A DNA stretch of 64,000 nt from Azolla caroliniana (taxonomy: Eukaryota; Plantae; Polypodiophyta): assembly GCA_043228905.1 (NCBI GenBank), contig JBHGNT010000013.1, positions 372,001 to 436,000 of the forward strand. Direction: 5' to 3'. The position numbers and the translations under genes are program-made. Each line of letters starts with the position of its first letter. Positions within the stretch are counted from its first letter, which is position 1. Of the stretch, positions 59,801 through 64,000 are shown piece by piece. The notes beneath the pieces are model-generated. The model had not been told where the DNA came from, did no database searches, and saw only the letters and a program-made list of their open reading frames with translations.

Positions 59801-60792
59801 ACGACGATGAACCGTTTAGGTTTAAACAATTGGAGAAGATGGTCAAGGATTTCGCTGAGCTAACGACCACATCCTTGTGGCGAATAGTTGTCTTTCATAG
59901 TATGGACCAAGGGTACTCGGTAGCTCAAGCTTTGAGATCTCGTTGCCATGGCATCGAGAACCTTGCATGGTAAGGATTATTTATAGGTGTCTTTCACTAT
60001 ATTGCATTTCTTAAGGTTGTTGAATCTATTCTTAACTCGATGAATTATTTTTTATAGGATCAAGACCAATGTAAATAGAGGGCCAACTTTTCGGTTCGTT
60101 AATGCCATTGAATACATAACGGTTGGCTACTTCGATGAAATTAAGAAACAGAGAATCAAAGAGCATTCTAATGAAGTGGGAGGTTCAAATCTGTTGGTAT
60201 ATCCAGCAGTGACTCGGAAATTGCGACATGTCACCACGACAGAACGGGGACTTGTCAACCCATACCAAAAACCTCAACGACTTATGATGCGCTTGATCGA
60301 GATGTTTTCTGTCGAAGGAGACTGGATATTAGATCTCTTTTTTGGCACAGGTATTCCTCGAACTAGGGTAACGATCTTGAGATAACCAATCACTTTTTTT
60401 TCGTTTGACAACTAAATCTTCTTGTTACTTACATCACAGGAACTACGTCAGCATGTGCATTGAAGCTGTTTAGAAATACAGTTGCATTGGAGAAGGACGA
60501 GGACCAAGTTATATTTATTAATATGCGGATTAAGGCTTTGTGGGAGTGCCCAGACCAGGATGAGGAGGTCGGTGCAAAGAACCTCGCCAATACAGAAAGG
60601 TTTCAACCTGCTTCGCGAGAGCCTATTCCTCTGTTAGCCGGCGAACCGGGGGAGCTAATAGAGCTTGATGATGAGCTTATAGAAGATATTTCGTTGGCTC
60701 GGCTAACAGGGGAAACCAATGCACGTATAGCCGAAGACAGTTCTACACAAGATGATGAAGAAAATGACGTTGATGAATTGATTGCTATGTAA
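56844..60792 (+). pseudogene. Spliced gene: ParB/Srx-like domain fused to a beta-class N6A/N4C DNA methyltransferase
   Basis: Exons ~56844-56878, 57455-59208, 59281-59419, 59503-59969, 60058-60350, 60440-60792; the GT-AG introns keep frame at each junction. Motifs: PFIVMV...YFVIGGSHSAEA...LAWDHN; CGDVIDLI*KVP...MIADIPYG; WIKTN...NAIEYI; NPYQKP; GDWILDLFFGTGTT...RNTVALEKD. Confidence 0.85.
57896..58155 (+). repeat. 130-bp tandem duplication
   Basis: 57896-58025 repeats as 58026-58155. Confidence 0.9.
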
Positions 60793-61314
60793 TAGACTCT
60801 ATGAAGAATATGACACTGACGATTTGTTAAGATTTCACATTATTAATACAAATTTTGGGTTTTACCTAGTGGATTCTATTCTTTATAATCTTCTATATGT
60901 TTCAATTTTATTTTTATATACTTGATTAGTAGATTTATGATATTGGTTTCACCGCGTGCATAGCTGACTACCAAACTTATGGAGAAACATGAACTAGTTT
61001 AAATGGAGGCTGATTTTGGTCCAAGCTAACCTTAACAGAACATGGCCCTATAATTGTTGCCATGACTGTCCATGTTGTTATTATGGATCTTTGTCTTCTA
61101 TTGTTAAAACTATTATGTTTCTATTCCATTGCTGCTTAGATTGTGTAGTGTGTTGATAATGGTTCCAGTTGCGTTATCGTTCGGAGTTTGATCTTGTGTG
61201 AATCACCTAAGCAATAGAGTAGATCAATTTTAAATACAGGTATGAAAGCCTAATAGGTTTGTTATTTCCACAACATTATCTTAAAGTTCACTGCCTTACA
61301 TTGTGCACAATTAT

Positions 61315-64000
61315 TGTTACCCGGACCCGGACAGTCAGTTTTACCGAACAGGTGGGAAAGCGTCGAAAAACAGAGTCGGTTCGGATCGACTGTTCGGATC
61401 AATGACTCAGCAGTAAAACGAAGAGAACTAAGTTAGTTAGATAATTTTGTAAATCTTGTTAGAGAGTAGGAATAGTTCTTGATGAGAAAAGACCTTCGGT
61501 ATACCTATAAAAGGGAACCAAAGGCATTGTAAGAAACGTCGTTTTATTTAGTAATATAAGTTTAAGTTAGGAATATCTTGTACGGATTCTATGTTTCTCT
61601 GTTGTCTATGATCTTAAATGCAAGCTTCCTAATTTATAGCTAAATAACGATCACGATAATTACTGATTAATATAGCAATTCCGTTCGTAAAACACAATTC
61701 CTTGTTAGAACGTTGAGTAGCGACGTTCACTCTTCTGTATCGGTAGTAGTTAGTAATTAGCCGATTAACACAGAAGAATTTTGGCACGCCCGGTTACATC
61801 TGCAATTAAGCAGAGAACAATTCGAATGGATGTCGTATGAAGAGGAGGCACCGGTCAGTTGTAAGCGCCCTCGTACAAGGTCAGTTACGAAGGTAGTGCA
61901 GCAAGCGTTCATTACGCAAGAACAGCCGGAATCAAGCACAAAGTGGTCGAAACTCCCTGACTTATCCGATCAATTACCTTCAGACGAAAAACAGACGGAA
62001 GAGGTATCGTTTTACGACATTTGGGACGATATGCCTTATACTTATTCTAAGTTCCGGGAAGGAACAGATGCAGAAGCACATGTTAGGGATTTCTTAACGA
62101 CATGGGAGATTAACCATGGAGCTCAGCGATTGTCGGCAGATGCCGAAGATAAGTCAAAAATCGTTGAGTTTGTCTTATCATTAGACGGATATTCCGCTAA
62201 TTGGTTTGCACAGAACGGTCTTCAAGGATTTCCATCCTTCGAAGTATTAACTAGTAAATTTTTACAATTATTTCATCAACAAATTCCGCAGAAGGATTTG
62301 ATTGCGCAATTTTATGCGTTATATCAAGAAAAAAATGAAACAGTATCTCAGTTTGTGATACGATTTCAGAACTTACAGCTTCAGATTTCAAGACCGATTC
62401 CGGATAAAGAATTAAAAGAAGTCTTTCTAGAAGCTGTAAAAGAACCATTAAGGACGACATTGAAAGTGTTCGATTTTCGAAATCAGACTATCGAACAAGT
62501 CATTGATAAAGCAATAGAAATGGGTCGACCACCGGTCAATGTTCAGAGTATGGACATGTCGGCATTACACCGTACATTACCAACAATGGAGGAGTTACAA
62601 TTTCGACAAGCAGTGCAATGCACCACTTGTTTAAATACGGGGCATTCGGCAATTGACTGTACGTTAAGAACACATTGTACAATATGTCATTCAAAATTAC
62701 ATTCCGTAGAACAATGTGAATATAATCTGCTTAATAAGACTACGGCGTCAGTACGACAAATTTTTGCTGACAATGGTTACCAAAATAACACTAATCTGTT
62801 CAATGGTTATCAAAATAATAATTTTTCACAAAATCAGCAAAATGTACAACAGAACCCGGTTCTACAGCCAAATCAGATCTTTTCACAACAAAATTTGCAA
62901 CCCACTCAAACATTTCAACCAAGTTTTGCTCAATCCAACCCACCATTCGTACAGAATCCGAATCAATATTTTCAACAAAATAATCAAAGTTTCCAACAAG
63001 GTAATCCACCATTTCAAGGGTTTCAACAGAACTGTCCGAATGTGCAACCAAATTCTACATTTCAACCAAATCCGGCATTTCAACCGGGTAATATGACTTT
63101 TCAACATAATACTCAAACTGTTCCACAAAATAATCAAATGTTTCAACAGAGTAATTTTTCGCCAAATCAGGAGTTCGGGATACCACATAATATAGTACAA
63201 CCAAATGATAATACTGAACAATTTAGGCCGAATAGGTATAAAAACAAGCGATTTTACAAACCAAAAGCTACACGTCAATACCAACAAAACTCGAATGGTA
63301 ATGAAGAGCAGCAATTTAATAACGGGCAATTTGCACATGGAGAGACCAGTGCAACATTTGTGCCCACTTGTTACATTTGTCGACAACTAGGCCACTATGC
63401 TAATCAATGTCCGGTTAAAGGAAAGGGTCCAGCAGTTAATATGGTAATACCGGAAGTTCAGCAAGTAACGACACGCAGCAAAAGCAAACAATCAGAGTGG
63501 GAAATTCAGGAAGAAGTTCGGAAGGCCGCAAAGGAATGGGTGGATGAAGCAAATCAAAGTAATGTGAATCGAATGTTACAAGATAATAACATCGACCAGG
63601 ACATCGCTGTACAACAGTCATTGGAGAATAAGGAACAGGAAGAAACTTGGAAACTGTTGGCTGATTGTCAAGTATCATTACCACTTAAGGGCTTACTTAA
63701 GTTAGTACCAAGGTTTACAGAAAAAGTGGCAGCATTAATTACATATAAAGGTTCCGAACAAATAGCAGTACACTACAATCAGCCAAGTAATAACCCTTCG
63801 ATCATGGATGAACAGAATCCGTCTATTAAGGTAATACTTTACGGGCAAGAAATCGGAAATGTGATTATAGATGGAGGCTCGGGTGTTAATGTGATTAACA
63901 AAACTACATGTGAAAAACTGGGAATCACGGAATGGGAAGCATGTCCGTTTTGGTTACGAATGGCAGATACAAGTACGGTACGACCGATTGGTTTGCTTCG
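61315..64000 (+). mobile_element. Ty3/gypsy element V (Y/W relative), running off the window
   Basis: LTR 61315-61770, PBS TGGCACGCCCGGT at 61782, gag and protease follow. Confidence 0.9.
61830..64000 (+). CDS. gag: gag-protease of V (partial, apparently open to the window end)
   Basis: MPYTYSKF...AEAHVRDF, CTTCLNTGHSAIDC, CYICRQLGHYANQC, IIDGGSGVNVI, CPFWLRMAD; start and end are in the same frame. Confidence 0.85.
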   Translation, partial: MSYEEEAPVSCKRPRTRSVTKVVQQAFITQEQPESSTKWSKLPDLSDQLPSDEKQTEEVSFYDIWDDMPYTYSKFREGTDAEAHVRDFLTTWEINHGAQRLSADAEDKSKIVEFVLSLDGYSANWFAQNGLQGFPSFEVLTSKFLQLFHQQIPQKDLIAQFYALYQEKNETVSQFVIRFQNLQLQISRPIPDKELKEVFLEAVKEPLRTTLKVFDFRNQTIEQVIDKAIEMGRPPVNVQSMDMSALHRTLPTMEELQFRQAVQCTTCLNTGHSAIDCTLRTHCTICHSKLHSVEQCEYNLLNKTTASVRQIFADNGYQNNTNLFNGYQNNNFSQNQQNVQQNPVLQPNQIFSQQNLQPTQTFQPSFAQSNPPFVQNPNQYFQQNNQSFQQGNPPFQGFQQNCPNVQPNSTFQPNPAFQPGNMTFQHNTQTVPQNNQMFQQSNFSPNQEFGIPHNIVQPNDNTEQFRPNRYKNKRFYKPKATRQYQQNSNGNEEQQFNNGQFAHGETSATFVPTCYICRQLGHYANQCPVKGKGPAVNMVIPEVQQVTTRSKSKQSEWEIQEEVRKAAKEWVDEANQSNVNRMLQDNNIDQDIAVQQSLENKEQEETWKLLADCQVSLPLKGLLKLVPRFTEKVAALITYKGSEQIAVHYNQPSNNPSIMDEQNPSIKVILYGQEIGNVIIDGGSGVNVINKTTCEKLGITEWEACPFWLRMADTSTVRPIGLL

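Larger units (their letters stand above)
35752..61314. mobile_element. Sola-type DDD DNA transposon with a cargo gene (right end not found in the window)
   Basis: The PLE ORF is cut abruptly at ...TTAA|GCAGTTTCC. Transposase on the minus strand, divergent ParB-MTase gene on the plus strand. No second TIR is visible before the gypsy insertion at 61315, so the extent is inferred. Confidence 0.55.

Noticed and set aside
56844-60792. Bacterial contamination or a restriction-modification operon
   Set aside because: Frame-preserving spliceosomal introns, a TATA promoter and continuity with plant-type TEs; no restriction endonuclease is seen.
60793-61314. Right TIR of the Sola-type element
   Set aside because: No reverse complement of the 35752 end (GGAAACTGC) is found before the V insertion; it probably lies beyond the window.

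Overview
Eukaryotic, most likely non-seed land-plant (moss-like, inferred from the element families) repeat-rich DNA made almost entirely of nested transposable elements; no ordinary host gene is recognisable. Left half: a Tnt1-like Copia integrase relic is split by a 31.8-kb Ty3/gypsy nest (655-32468, 4-bp TSD ACGT, tRNA-Trp PBS). The nest holds a chromovirus deletion derivative, two convergent Copia copies, two more gypsy elements and an aberrant LTR-tRNA-R/U5 insertion. Next comes a Penelope-like RT element with a degenerate hammerhead ribozyme. From ~35752 lies a Sola-type DDD DNA transposon. Its transposase is split by a 17-kb gypsy element that itself holds a very young, intact Tat-like element. 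Main discovery candidate: divergent from the transposase is a spliced, now decayed gene encoding a ParB/Srx-like domain fused to a prokaryote/phage-type beta-class amino (6mA/4mC) DNA methyltransferase (DIPY ... DLFFGTGTT). Second candidate: two related gypsy families carry a sense-strand tRNA-Arg 3'-end mimic ending in CCA where the polypurine tract should be. All calls come from reading the sequence by eye; no database search was run.
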